64,000 nucleotides of DNA from Myxococcota bacterium (GCA_036337435.1 JAYZEG010000006.1:1-64000); one strand, 5' to 3'. Counted from the stretch's first letter, positions 9,803 through 19,845 are shown. Made by a program: numbers and translations. Notes: generated from the letters alone by a model not told the origin.

Positions 9803-11536
9803 GTGATTATCTGTCAAAGCTGCGGCGCTCAAAACGAAGACCATTACAAGTTTTGTTTGAGTTGCGGAAGCGAACTTTCCCAAGCGACAGCCGCCCCCGT
9901 TGTCGACAGGCCTTCAAAGCCGTCAGTGCAAAAGCAGTCTGCTGAAGGCCCACAAGAAAACCGGCCGAGGATCCCAAATTTGAAGGCCCGGCTTCAAGCC
10001 TTACGCACTGGGCGGGACGCGCTTGTTGAAAGGCAGGGAAAGGAGCGGGGCGTTTCGTCGAAAAAAGAACAACAGTTACCTGGTTGGACCGCGCCGCCGA
10101 TGGTTGCATCGCCGGTTGCCAATGCAGCAGTGCCGGCCGTTGGAGAGCAACAATCAGAGTTAGACGCGCCGAGAACGACCCAAAAGCAGGAGCAAAATCC
10201 TGATTTAGACGTCGAATCGATTGCTCGAACAGATGGCGAAACTGTGCCCCTAGGTCACCCTGCCGATGATGCGGAGTTGACCTCGGAGCCGTCCGAACAC
10301 TCGAATTTCATGACTGCTGACTCAAATATACGGGTGGATGAAGCCGGGGTGAGCACCAATGACCAAGACCCTGTGGATGGTGATGAACCTCCGATAGCTG
10401 ATGACGATAATGATGGGTCAACGGAGGCTGCCGATGGCGAACCTTGGGCACCCAGTAAAGGCTCTGAGGCACAAGTACAGCTGCCTGCGCCAATGAGTGT
10501 TGGCGGAAGCAACGCCGTTGAGTCGGCTCCTGAATTAGATATGGATGGATTGACTCAAACTCAACCTGCTATGGAGCGACTTGTCGTTCAATACACAGAT
10601 GGCTCGGAAGACCTACCTACTGAAACGCAAAGTTTGAGGGGGAACGAAGCGGATTCGGAGTCAGTGGGACGCCGAGCTGATGAGCTAAACGGTGGACAAG
10701 AACAAAACGATTTAGCTGACTCTGATGCGCGAGAGACTGTGGTCGCGCCGATGGTGTCGGATGACATGAGTCCATGTCCTGCATGCGGCGCGATGCAACC
10801 CAACGAGTTTAAATTCTGTGGCAATTGTGGTGCTCGGCTCGAGGGGTCAGGCACAGACCAAAAGGCCGATTTGAAACCTCAGGTACAGTCAATTGGCAAG
10901 ATGACGCTCATCCACTCCGATGGGAGCGAAGGGGTCAGTTTCGACCTTGGAGACGGGAATCTGGTCCTTGGCCGTGAGCATATCAACCCGTTATTTTCAG
11001 ACGACCAGTGCTTGTCACCTGTACATGCAGAGCTGGTTTATTCCGATGGATGGCTTACCATCAAAGATCTCGGCAGCCTCAATGGTATTTTTGTCCGCCT
11101 TCGGGGAGACACCCGTCTCATTGATGGCGACCGATTTCGCATCGGGCAGCAGCTGTTTCGGTTTGAAAGTTTGGGGAGTCTGTTCGATGGTGTTCGGCCC
11201 CAAAATGACGGTACGCACGTACTCGGCTCTCCCACGAGTGGTTTATGGGGCCGATTAGTCTGTATGTCGAGTGCAGGTGACGAATCGATGGCATGGACGC
11301 TCAAGACGCCTGAAATTTATCTAGGGCGTGACCGAGGGACAATTCGTTTTCCCGACGATGTGTTCATCAGCGGCTCACACTGTCGACTTCGACGCGACAA
11401 TGACGGAGCCCAAATCAGCGATCTTTCCAGTACGAATGGCACTTATGTTCAATTGAAATCTGACTTTGCCATATCCACCGGTGACCTGGTTCTACTCGGA
11501 CAGAGGCTGTATCGCTTCGACTTGGCACAGCGTTAA
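9803..11536 (+). CDS. Two zinc ribbons, a long acidic disordered linker and tandem FHA domains
   Basis: CQSCG...FCLSCG; about 300 aa D/E/P-rich linker; CPACG...FCGNCG; FHA LGR...LSPVH...SLNGIF and LGR...ISGSH...STNGTY. Confidence 0.88.
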   Translation: MIICQSCGAQNEDHYKFCLSCGSELSQATAAPVVDRPSKPSVQKQSAEGPQENRPRIPNLKARLQALRTGRDALVERQGKERGVSSKKEQQLPGWTAPPMVASPVANAAVPAVGEQQSELDAPRTTQKQEQNPDLDVESIARTDGETVPLGHPADDAELTSEPSEHSNFMTADSNIRVDEAGVSTNDQDPVDGDEPPIADDDNDGSTEAADGEPWAPSKGSEAQVQLPAPMSVGGSNAVESAPELDMDGLTQTQPAMERLVVQYTDGSEDLPTETQSLRGNEADSESVGRRADELNGGQEQNDLADSDARETVVAPMVSDDMSPCPACGAMQPNEFKFCGNCGARLEGSGTDQKADLKPQVQSIGKMTLIHSDGSEGVSFDLGDGNLVLGREHINPLFSDDQCLSPVHAELVYSDGWLTIKDLGSLNGIFVRLRGDTRLIDGDRFRIGQQLFRFESLGSLFDGVRPQNDGTHVLGSPTSGLWGRLVCMSSAGDESMAWTLKTPEIYLGRDRGTIRFPDDVFISGSHCRLRRDNDGAQISDLSSTNGTYVQLKSDFAISTGDLVLLGQRLYRFDLAQR

Positions 11537-12414
11537 GGCGTAAACTTAAGGGCATCAAGAAACCGACAGATGCGCGAGTTTATCATCGATGGGAATTCGA
11601 TGGGTGCTGTGTGTGTCCCTTCTGGAATGACGAGCAATTCAGCCTCGGGAATACGGTCGGCAATCGTCTTTGACAAACGACTGGGCGTAAATTGGTCACC
11701 TCCTGCAGCAATCACAAGCGTCGGTACGTCCACGTCATCAAGATAATGGTCGGCCGAGTGCTGGCTGGCCCCGTTTAGCATCTCAAAAAACAAACTCGGC
11801 TTGATATCGGATAAATGCTCCAAGTAGGGCTCAAAGTCCTCCCGACGAGTGAGGTCCGGATGAACCTCCGTGAGCCGGGCAACATGAAAGGCGATGGGTA
11901 AGCGTAGTGCTGCTCTCCAGACTGAACCGAGGCTACGGCCACCCAAACGGGCTGCGATACGAAGCAGGGGCAGAAGGGTTTCCATGGCGGACCCATCATG
12001 GAAGGTCGCAATCGGGTTTTGATAACTGCCGCACATCAAAACCAGAGCGTCGACATGCTGCGGGTGCCTCCGCCACAGTTCGAGTCCCACTTGGACGCCC
12101 ATGCTGTGACCAAGGACAATGCTATTTCTCCGACCGAGTGCAGCGAGAATAACGCTCCAATCATCCGCAATATGCCGAATGTGTATATTCTCGTCTTCGG
12201 CAGGCTGCCCGCTTTGCCCATGACCTCGCATGTGCATGTGGATCACTCGGCCTCGACTTTCCAATACAGGCTTCAGGTACCGCCAGATAAATCCATCGCA
12301 GCCAATGCCATCGCAGAGTACGAAATCTACAGAGCCGCTTCCGGTTACGGCGTAGTGTAATGGTGTCCCGTCAAAAGATATTATGGTGCCCGATTTCACG
12401 GTTGGAGAAGCCAC
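11533..12414 (-). CDS. Alpha/beta-fold hydrolase
   Basis: GHSMG nucleophile elbow, HMRGHG, DQFTP acid and GTHTAP catalytic His. Confidence 0.9.
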   Translation of the reverse strand: MASPTVKSGTIISFDGTPLHYAVTGSGSVDFVLCDGIGCDGFIWRYLKPVLESRGRVIHMHMRGHGQSGQPAEDENIHIRHIADDWSVILAALGRRNSIVLGHSMGVQVGLELWRRHPQHVDALVLMCGSYQNPIATFHDGSAMETLLPLLRIAARLGGRSLGSVWRAALRLPIAFHVARLTEVHPDLTRREDFEPYLEHLSDIKPSLFFEMLNGASQHSADHYLDDVDVPTLVIAAGGDQFTPSRLSKTIADRIPEAELLVIPEGTHTAPIEFPSMINSRICRFLDALKFTP

Positions 12415-12995
12415 GATAGCTCTGATAATCCGGGGGCACCGCTCACAGTCAAGCGCACTTGAGTCGGCCGCGTTCCTGAGTAAGGAAACTCCACCAAATA
12501 ACCCGTTTTTAACCGATCCGCATAGGGGAAAAATGGTCGCTTGTCGGCCATTTCGTTGTCAGTCAAAAACTCGAGTTTTGTTGGTGCTATTGCCCGTTGC
12601 GACCCATTTACATAGAGCCTGGCGATCAGCGTGGGAGAGCGCTGATCGAGATCGTTCCAGTGTGAATCTGAGGTGGCAACGGCCATGAAGACCTTAATCT
12701 TTTCATTGCTGTCGCTGAGCAAGGTTGCTGCATGTTGCCGCGCCTGCTCTTCGGTGAGGCCGGCCCGTTTAGTTAATTCCTTCGTCAACCGCTTGCTGAA
12801 AGCGGGCGACAAAAGTGTGGCCTGGACAAAAATTTGTGTTTGAAATTCGTGATAGGCCACCGACGTTCGTGTCCAGTCAGCCAGAGCGAACCGATAGCCT
12901 CGTTTTGGATTGTCTTCCGTCCAATTAATCGATTTTGGGACGGCACATCCCAGGCCGAGAACAAGGCAAAGCAGCAGTGCTAAACGTCCCATCAT
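12396..12995 (-). CDS. Conserved hypothetical lipoprotein
   Basis: Start moved to MMGRLALLLCLVLGLGC (lipobox) just after the pyrE stop; the longer ORF call overlaps pyrE. Confidence 0.7.
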   Translation of the reverse strand: MMGRLALLLCLVLGLGCAVPKSINWTEDNPKRGYRFALADWTRTSVAYHEFQTQIFVQATLLSPAFSKRLTKELTKRAGLTEEQARQHAATLLSDSNEKIKVFMAVATSDSHWNDLDQRSPTLIARLYVNGSQRAIAPTKLEFLTDNEMADKRPFFPYADRLKTGYLVEFPYSGTRPTQVRLTVSGAPGLSELSWLLQP

Positions 12996-13002
12996 GAGTC
13001 GC

Positions 13003-13581
13003 TTACTCGCGGAAGTCAGACAGCTTGAACAGAGCACGTGCGAACAAGCCGTTTTGCTTGAGGGTGTCCATACCTCCGACCTCGCGGTCGATAATAACCG
13101 CCACACCGATTGGGTTGAGACCCGATGCACGCACTCGTTCCAGTGCTTTGAGAGTGCTGCCGCCTGTTGTGACCACATCTTCCACCATCAGCACATGGGC
13201 ACCCGCTGGAATATTCTTTAACCCTTCTAAATACTCTTGGGTCCCGTGACTTTTTGGCTCTTTTCTCACCAGGTATGCAGGCAAATGACGGCCACGCTCA
13301 AATGCGGCCAGTGACGTCGCTGTCGCTAATGGGTCGGCTCCAATCGCCATGCCGCCGACACCAAGTCCAGTTTCCCCAACGTGTTCTTCGATCGCCTCAC
13401 ACAAGCTGAAGAGCTCGGCACCAAGTACCTTTGCCCCCTCCGGATGCAGCGCCGTCTGTTTACAGTCCACGTATTCGTTGCTGGCTGTCCCAGAGGCGAG
13501 TACAACATCCCGGTTTTCATAGGAGAGTGTTTTGAGAAGCTCAAACAGCCGCTGTCGATTCGAAGTCTCAGCCGCACTCAT
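13003..13581 (-). CDS. pyrE: Orotate phosphoribosyltransferase
   Basis: LASG.S..Y.DCK, RKEPKSHG, PRPP-binding VEDVVTTGGS, IIDRE.GG. Confidence 0.95.
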   Translation of the reverse strand: MSAAETSNRQRLFELLKTLSYENRDVVLASGTASNEYVDCKQTALHPEGAKVLGAELFSLCEAIEEHVGETGLGVGGMAIGADPLATATSLAAFERGRHLPAYLVRKEPKSHGTQEYLEGLKNIPAGAHVLMVEDVVTTGGSTLKALERVRASGLNPIGVAVIIDREVGGMDTLKQNGLFARALFKLSDFRE

Positions 13582-14042
13582 CTCTTTTTGACGCTCACGC
13601 GACGCTTGCTGGCTGAACTGGGTAGTTCAGGCTCATCCTCGTCTTGGTCTGGCGCGGCTGGGGGCACGGTGGCGGCCGGTGCAGTCGCCCGGGTTGTGGA
13701 GGGCTTCTGTCTGGTTTTTGGGGCACCCGTCATTTTCACGAATCCGCGGATTCTAGCACCGTCATCGACAATGATTTTCGCGGCGGTTAAATCGCCGGCA
13801 GCAATGGCTTTCCCCGTGACGTGGATCGTGTCTTCTGCTGTTACATTGCCGACAACAATCCCATCGATGAAAACGGAGGCTGCTTGGATCTCGGCGTCAG
13901 CTCGGGCCTTCGCGTCAACCGTCAATGAGCCGCTGATCTCAACGTGCCCTTCGACTCGACCGAGGAGCTCGATGCTCTCCTCACCGTGTATGCGTCCGCG
14001 AATAACCGTACCCGCGGCGATGGTTGTAGCTGATTTTGCCAT
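13578..14042 (-). CDS. bacP: Bactofilin with Pro-rich linker and basic C-terminal peptide (BacP-like)
   Basis: Bactofilin beta-helix repeats, then TRATAPAATVPPAAP...SASKRRVSVKKR, resembling the basic tail of M. xanthus BacP; third gene of a bactofilin triplet. Confidence 0.8.
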   Translation of the reverse strand: MAKSATTIAAGTVIRGRIHGEESIELLGRVEGHVEISGSLTVDAKARADAEIQAASVFIDGIVVGNVTAEDTIHVTGKAIAAGDLTAAKIIVDDGARIRGFVKMTGAPKTRQKPSTTRATAPAATVPPAAPDQDEDEPELPSSASKRRVSVKKR

Positions 14043-14044
14043 GG

Positions 14045-14359
14045 TTATTGTCCCATATCGATGCTGCCCTTATAGCGGGCACCATCGGCGATAAGAATGC
14101 GCGGGGATTTGACATCGCCAACCATGCTCCCTTCGGCTTTGATTTCCACCCGGGTCTGAGCGTCAATGTTTCCGGTAACGCTGCCGGAGACTTCGACCGA
14201 TTCTCCGGTCACATCAGCTTCGACGGTTGCCGAATTTTCCACAAATACAGATTGGCTTGTCTCGATTTTACCCTTCACCGTACCCTGTACGACGATGGCT
14301 TCTTGGCTTGTGATTTCGCCTTCAATCACGATACTATTGCCGATTGTTGTGTTGGCCAT
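14045..14359 (-). CDS. bacO: Bactofilin (BacO-like)
   Basis: MANTTIGNSIVIEGEI...VQGTVKGKI...GDVKSPRILIADGARYKGSIDM closely follows the BacO pattern; GGAGG RBS. Confidence 0.85.
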   Translation of the reverse strand: MANTTIGNSIVIEGEITSQEAIVVQGTVKGKIETSQSVFVENSATVEADVTGESVEVSGSVTGNIDAQTRVEIKAEGSMVGDVKSPRILIADGARYKGSIDMGQ

Positions 14360-14404
14360 GATTGTTATCCTCCAGCGCGTTGGTCTTGGTTTCTATTTTT
14401 GTTC

Positions 14405-14725
14405 TTAGTCGATTGTTGGGATATCGAAAGGCATGTCGATTCGGCCCTCAAAATGAGCCCCGTCTGCGATGCTTATTCGTGGCGTGTTTACGTCGCCGGT
14501 CACACTCGCGTTCCTGTCGATTCTGACTTCCTCGGCTGCCGTGACTTGTCCATTCAATTGGCCGGAGACCAGAACACGGGCCGCTTCAACAGTTGCATCA
14601 ACCGTTGCTTGCTTGTCCACGGTCAATTCCTTGGAGATTTGCACGCTACCTTCGATAGATCCGACGACCGTAAGGTTTTCGTCACCGGTGACTCGACCGC
14701 GGATTGATGTGGTTGACCCAATCAT
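14405..14725 (-). CDS. bacN: Bactofilin (BacN-like)
   Basis: Bactofilin repeats ending DGAHFEGRIDMPFDIP. Start moved to ATG 14725 (AGGAGA RBS), because the ATG at 14764 lies inside the predicted -10 box. Confidence 0.78.
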   Translation of the reverse strand: MIGSTTSIRGRVTGDENLTVVGSIEGSVQISKELTVDKQATVDATVEAARVLVSGQLNGQVTAAEEVRIDRNASVTGDVNTPRISIADGAHFEGRIDMPFDIPTID

Positions 14726-14759
14726 TTTAGTCTCCTGTTTAGGACTTGAATTCTCCGCT

Positions 14760-14788
14760 GTCATAGCTGTATCGGGCTACTGTGTCAA
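14760..14788 (-). promoter_or_regulatory. Sigma70-type promoter of the bactofilin-pyrE operon
   Basis: Minus strand reads TTGACA-N17-TATGAC (perfect -35), about 35 nt upstream of the bacN ATG. Confidence 0.65.
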
Positions 14789-14867
14789 CGCGCTGAATTC
14801 CGAATTTTTCGTGTGTCGGCTTGTCCCGAATTTCTTGGCCCTCGCATCTATCCCATGGAGGTGCGAG

Positions 14868-15389
14868 TCAAGCAGGCGTCGCTTCGCTGTCTTTGTGAAT
14901 AATTTGCATCGGGAGTGGCGTGAACTCATCGCCGCTCACGGCCAATGCATGGACGTTATTTTCACCAAACATGACCAGTCCAGTCTGCCATTCATGACTG
15001 AAGAACGTGTGGTGAAGTAACAGCGCGTCTTGACCGATTTCGATGGTCTCTGCCCCCGTGCCGACGTACCAGCCAACAATTTCCCCGTCGGGCATGCTGT
15101 GCTGCTGCGCCTGCATTGCAGCCTTCCACTGCGATCGAAGGAAGCGTGTTAGGTCCGATATCTCGGGCACGTGCGTGCCAGACACAAAACCCTCTACTTG
15201 AGCGTAGATGGCCCCGTCGATTGGGCACGAGTAATGTTTGCCGACCAAGATGCCTACAGCCATCCGGTCTGTCCGCCATCTCGCATTGAACCACAACTCT
15301 TCGAGCACATCATCTTGTACGTAGATGCTCGGGTTGCCGGACTCGCTTGGCCCCTTAATGGGCCGGGGTTTTGTCTGTGTTTCCATCAT
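14868..15389 (-). CDS. JAB/MPN (Mov34)-fold protein lacking the JAMM catalytic residues
   Basis: Scaffold motifs IYVQDDVL, AVGILVG, EIVGWY and LHHTFFSHEWQTGLV are present, but E, HxH and SxxD are replaced. Confidence 0.65.
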   Translation of the reverse strand: MMETQTKPRPIKGPSESGNPSIYVQDDVLEELWFNARWRTDRMAVGILVGKHYSCPIDGAIYAQVEGFVSGTHVPEISDLTRFLRSQWKAAMQAQQHSMPDGEIVGWYVGTGAETIEIGQDALLLHHTFFSHEWQTGLVMFGENNVHALAVSGDEFTPLPMQIIHKDSEATPA

Positions 15390-15501
15390 GAGCTACCTGT
15401 CTCATGAACCGGCCAAAAACACAAGTCCTGCAGAAAGACTTTCCGCTGTCTAGCCTTGCATCGTATCATGTCCCGGAGAGTGTTGTGTGACTGGCGTTGA
15501 G

Positions 15502-18375
15502 ATGCGATTGCGACCCAAATATTGTTTGCTGAGATTCTGTTTTGAGTGGGCACTGTTGTTGCTTCTATTAGCCAGTGCCAGCGGTTGCTCCGATCCGGCA
15601 AAGGCTCGTCTCGACTTAACAGTGAGATTAGCAGCGGAATTGAACACGTCTCACTTTGTTGTCTTCACTCGAATTGGTGATGGTCGCCGCTACGCAGCTG
15701 GTGCGAGCGTGAATACAGCTGAACAGCTCGGGTTAGCCAATGGCGTACGAGAAACGACCATTAGCCTCGACCCTGTAGACGGTCTCGACGGGCAAGTTAT
15801 CGTCGCCATTGCGGCATGCGACGGCGTGGCGACATGCCAATGTCAAACAACCAGTTGTACACAGGCTGAAAAAGCCCTTGGGCCAGACTGTAACTGCCAA
15901 TCTTTGGTCGGTTTCGGCGCGGGCGAGATTCGGGTCGATGGTGTGACCAATCTAAAGATCAATGTGGACCCCATCGATGAACGATGTGACCGAGACGGTG
16001 ATTTAATTCCAGATTGCAATGCCCCCGACGGGCCCGGAGGCTGTTGCCAAAACCTTCCTGCATCCTTGGCAGTTAAAGTGACGGATTGCTGCGATGCTCC
16101 TACGGACGAGTGTAATGCGCGGATGGCACACCCATTCCGCCCACCCGAAGTGACCATTGACGAGGCTCGAACAGAGGCCGCAAGACTACGGTACCGACAA
16201 GTCTGCGGTGATGACACGGACAATGACTGCTCTGGGTCCGACATCCCCTGTGGTGATCAGGATGGAGACGGTTTCTTCTGGCCCGAGGATTGTAACGATG
16301 ACGATCCGAGCATAAACCCCATGGCAGTTGAAGACTGTGATGATGAAATCGACCAGAATTGTGATGGATTGCTGTTTTGCGACGCCGACAACGATGGCGT
16401 CTCGGGCGATCAAGATTGCGACGATAACGATCCAAATCGATTTCCAGGAAATGCTGAAATTTGTGAAGATGGTATCGATCAAGATTGCGATCCCAATCAG
16501 GCTGACGCGCCCTGTCTGGATGACCTTGATATCGATGGCGATGGCGTCAGTTGTGCAGTGTCATTCCTCTGGCGTGTTGGCCAACCCTGCGATGGACCTG
16601 GCGACGATTGTAATGACCTCGACTCCAGCATCTATCCCGGTGCGTCAGAGACGTGTGGTGACCAAGTCGATCAGGATTGCGATGGGCGTGTCGACGAAAA
16701 TTGTCCAGGGCCAGACCAAGACCGCGATCGGGATGGTTTCACCAGTGCCGCCGCTGGTGGACTCGATTGTGACGACTTCGCAAAGGAGGTGAACCCTGCC
16801 GCTGCAGATCGCTGTAATGATGGGATAGATCAAGACTGTGATGGCTCTGATGCCATTTGTTCTGCGGACAATGACCTCGATGGTGACGGATACACAGGTG
16901 CGTATGATTGTGCAGACCGAGATGGTCAGGTGAATCCCTCGGCACTGGAAATTTGTAATGGAAGGGACGATGACTGTGACGGATTTGTTGACGAGGGCAA
17001 TCCGCTTCAAACCGACCCCAATGGACCCATGGCGCCTGAAAAGTGCGGACAGGATTGCGCGCGGGGCGTGCCGTGTACGTGCAGACGGGGTCCGTCAGCC
17101 TGTACAACCTTTTCGTTTGAATCTGGCATGAGTCTGGACGCAGCTGTTCGCTGCTTCGGACGCAGTTCAGCAGACACTGGCCAGGAGGACTGTAATGGAC
17201 TGGACGATGACTGCGATGGGATTGTCGACAACGTGGTCAATACGGCATGCTATCCAGGCGCAGCACAAGAATTAACGGGCGCTGACGGAATCTGTAGCGA
17301 GGGCCAGACCGTGTGCCGGGCGGAACAGCCTAATGGCCGAGTTGACTGTGTCGCCAATGGAGATTGCGGTCCCGGACAAACCTGCGTTTTTTCAACATGT
17401 GCCTACCCGGCAGCCCCGGTTTGTGAGGGTTTTCAGACACCTGAACCGGAAGTGTGCGGCGGTGATGGGCGCGGACGAGATGAAGACTGTGATGGACAGG
17501 TGGATGAAGACATTCCAGCCAATATCTGTGGTAGTAATATCGGCGTGTGCCGGACGGGGGTTGAACGATGTGTTGGCGGGCGTCTGATTTGTGAAGGTCA
17601 GGTTTCGGGATCCAATGAACGCTGTGACGAAGACGACAACGATTGTGACGGCTCTGTAGACGAAGATTTCGATCGCTTGGGTCAAGACTGCACCGTAGGG
17701 CAGGGGGCGTGCAGACGACGTGGTAACTGGGTCTGTCGAGATAATGGAAACAACACCGTGTGTAGCGCGACTGCTGGGTCTCCAAGTCAAGAAATCTGTG
17801 ACGGCAGGGATAACGATTGTGACGGCCGGACCGATGAATCGCTTCGGCGAGACTGTGACCCTGTGGGTGGCCAGTGCGCAGCTGGTGTCAGTACATGTCG
17901 TAATGGACGCTGGGGAAACTGCGCAGGACGCCAAGAACCAGGCAATGAATTGTGCAACGACCGAGATGACGATTGCGACGGTCGAGTCGATGAAGATTTG
18001 GTTCGAGAATGTGGCCAGGATGAAGGGGAGTGCACCGCCGGCGAACAGCGTTGCCAAAACGGGCGGTTTGGCCAATGTATGGGCGTCATTGAACCAACTG
18101 AGGAGTCGTGCGATGGACGCGACAACGACTGCGATGGAAGAGCAGATGAAGATTTAAGTCGACCCTGTGGACTCGATATTGGTGAATGTCGTCGTGGCGA
18201 GGAACGTTGCGTCAATGGCTCTTTCGGTGCCTGCATGAACCAGCAGTCACCCGTCGCAGAAGCTTGCGATGGCCTCGACAATGATTGCGATGGTCAGCAA
18301 GATGAAGACGCAGATTCCCGGTGCCCCATGGGTCAAGTCTGCCGGAGCGGGGCTTGTGGCATGCTGGGCGATTAA
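15502..18375 (+). CDS. Large Cys/Asp-rich lipoprotein with about 13 MopE-like 'putative metal-binding motif' repeats
   Basis: Lipobox ASGC; repeated DCDD.DP...P...E.C.D.IDQDCDG and E.CDG.DNDCDG..DE units. Start could also be GTG 15487. Confidence 0.85.
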   Translation: MRLRPKYCLLRFCFEWALLLLLLASASGCSDPAKARLDLTVRLAAELNTSHFVVFTRIGDGRRYAAGASVNTAEQLGLANGVRETTISLDPVDGLDGQVIVAIAACDGVATCQCQTTSCTQAEKALGPDCNCQSLVGFGAGEIRVDGVTNLKINVDPIDERCDRDGDLIPDCNAPDGPGGCCQNLPASLAVKVTDCCDAPTDECNARMAHPFRPPEVTIDEARTEAARLRYRQVCGDDTDNDCSGSDIPCGDQDGDGFFWPEDCNDDDPSINPMAVEDCDDEIDQNCDGLLFCDADNDGVSGDQDCDDNDPNRFPGNAEICEDGIDQDCDPNQADAPCLDDLDIDGDGVSCAVSFLWRVGQPCDGPGDDCNDLDSSIYPGASETCGDQVDQDCDGRVDENCPGPDQDRDRDGFTSAAAGGLDCDDFAKEVNPAAADRCNDGIDQDCDGSDAICSADNDLDGDGYTGAYDCADRDGQVNPSALEICNGRDDDCDGFVDEGNPLQTDPNGPMAPEKCGQDCARGVPCTCRRGPSACTTFSFESGMSLDAAVRCFGRSSADTGQEDCNGLDDDCDGIVDNVVNTACYPGAAQELTGADGICSEGQTVCRAEQPNGRVDCVANGDCGPGQTCVFSTCAYPAAPVCEGFQTPEPEVCGGDGRGRDEDCDGQVDEDIPANICGSNIGVCRTGVERCVGGRLICEGQVSGSNERCDEDDNDCDGSVDEDFDRLGQDCTVGQGACRRRGNWVCRDNGNNTVCSATAGSPSQEICDGRDNDCDGRTDESLRRDCDPVGGQCAAGVSTCRNGRWGNCAGRQEPGNELCNDRDDDCDGRVDEDLVRECGQDEGECTAGEQRCQNGRFGQCMGVIEPTEESCDGRDNDCDGRADEDLSRPCGLDIGECRRGEERCVNGSFGACMNQQSPVAEACDGLDNDCDGQQDEDADSRCPMGQVCRSGACGMLGD

Positions 18376-18405
18376 AAGGCCCTTAAAGGTCTGGTTTCGC
18401 CGGGT

Positions 18406-19845
18406 TCAATCGGCCTCGGACGTATCAGCGTTCTTTGGGTTTTCGATGCCATATTTCTTCATGAGTTTTCGGAAATATTTGCGGTCGATTTCTGCATCCC
18501 GTGCCGCATGGCTGATGTTAAAGCCATGCTTTTCAAGCAAACGCACGATGTAATCCCGCTCGAAACTCGAGACCCACTTCTCTTTCGCATGTTTGAAGTT
18601 TCCGAGCTCGTCGACGGTTTGGCGCCCCTGATTGGTAATTCGAGCACCCAGCGTTTGAAGCCTCTGCATGTGATCTGATTCCGCTAAGTTTGCCGGCAAA
18701 TCGGCGAGGGTGATCGTGTCGCTGTCTGCAAAGCTCACAGCGCGCTCCATGATGTTAAGTAGCTCTCTCACGTTGCCAGGCCAGTCGTAGCCTCTGAGGG
18801 CTTCCATGACTTCACGCCCGATTGTCTGCACCTTGCGTTGACCATCGTCTCCTCGATTAAACCGACCCGTATTCAGGAAATGACGTGCCAGGAGCTGGAT
18901 GTCCTCTCGCCGTTCTCTCAATGGTGGTAAGCTTAGCCGAACGACGCTCAGCCGATAAAACAAGTCTTCTCTAAATCGACCCGCACGAACCTCTTCCTCC
19001 AGAGAGCGGTTTGTTGCAGCGATGACGCGGACGTCGACCTTCATCGGCCGCGTCCCACCGACGCGCCGTACTTCGCGCGTCTCAAGAACGCGCAGCAGTT
19101 TTGGCTGAAGGTCGCTGGTCAATTCTCCCAATTCATCGAGGAAAACAGTGCCGCCATGGGCCAATTCAAATAGGCCAGGTCGGGCCATGATTGCCCCTGT
19201 AAAAGACCCTTTTTCGTGACCGAATAGTTCACTTTCGATGAGGTTGGCTGGCACGGCAGAACAATCGAACACAATGAACGGCTTTTCTGCGCGGCGTGAC
19301 TTCTTATGGATTGTATTGGCGACGACTTCTTTGCCGGTGCCTGTCTCACCTTCGATGATCACCGTTGCATCGGAGGGGGAAATTTTTTCCAAAATGCCAA
19401 AAATGGCTCTCATATCCCGGCTCGCGCCAATGATGTCTCCAAACCGTTCATCGGACAGAGGATTGATATGGACCTCTTCGTCGAAACTTTGGAATTGGAT
19501 CCGGGTATTCCCAAGTTCGATTGTACATCCAGGCTTGAGATAGGCTTCCTTGACCCGTACTTGATTGACAAAGGTTCCATTGGTGCTGCTTAAATCCTGC
19601 ACCAAATATGAACTGCCTGCTTGATAAATCCGACAGTGGTTCCTGCTGACCGTATCGTCGGCAACTGTAACTGTGTTGTCTTCAGACGACCCTAAGGTGA
19701 TGTCTGATTGCTCAAACGTGTGTTCTTTTCGCTTCCCGTCGATCTCTACAATGATCCGACATTTGCGCAAATGCAGGGTCGTTGCACCGTCGGGTCTGAA
19801 AGCAACTTGGGTAGGTGGCACGAAGTTTGGGAATTTTTGATCCAT
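18406..19845 (-). CDS. FHA-domain sigma54-dependent transcriptional activator (bEBP)
   Basis: N-terminal FHA (VSRNH...SSTNGTF), AAA+ [14 protein letters not shown] loop, [21 protein letters not shown] and a Fis-type HTH. Confidence 0.95.
   Translation of the reverse strand: MDQKFPNFVPPTQVAFRPDGATTLHLRKCRIIVEIDGKRKEHTFEQSDITLGSSEDNTVTVADDTVSRNHCRIYQAGSSYLVQDLSSTNGTFVNQVRVKEAYLKPGCTIELGNTRIQFQSFDEEVHINPLSDERFGDIIGASRDMRAIFGILEKISPSDATVIIEGETGTGKEVVANTIHKKSRRAEKPFIVFDCSAVPANLIESELFGHEKGSFTGAIMARPGLFELAHGGTVFLDELGELTSDLQPKLLRVLETREVRRVGGTRPMKVDVRVIAATNRSLEEEVRAGRFREDLFYRLSVVRLSLPPLRERREDIQLLARHFLNTGRFNRGDDGQRKVQTIGREVMEALRGYDWPGNVRELLNIMERAVSFADSDTITLADLPANLAESDHMQRLQTLGARITNQGRQTVDELGNFKHAKEKWVSSFERDYIVRLLEKHGFNISHAARDAEIDRKYFRKLMKKYGIENPKNADTSEAD

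Noticed and set aside
12996..13178. Long same-strand overlap of the lipoprotein ORF with pyrE
   Set aside because: The signal peptide and lipobox begin at 12995; the upstream part is just an open alternative frame of pyrE.
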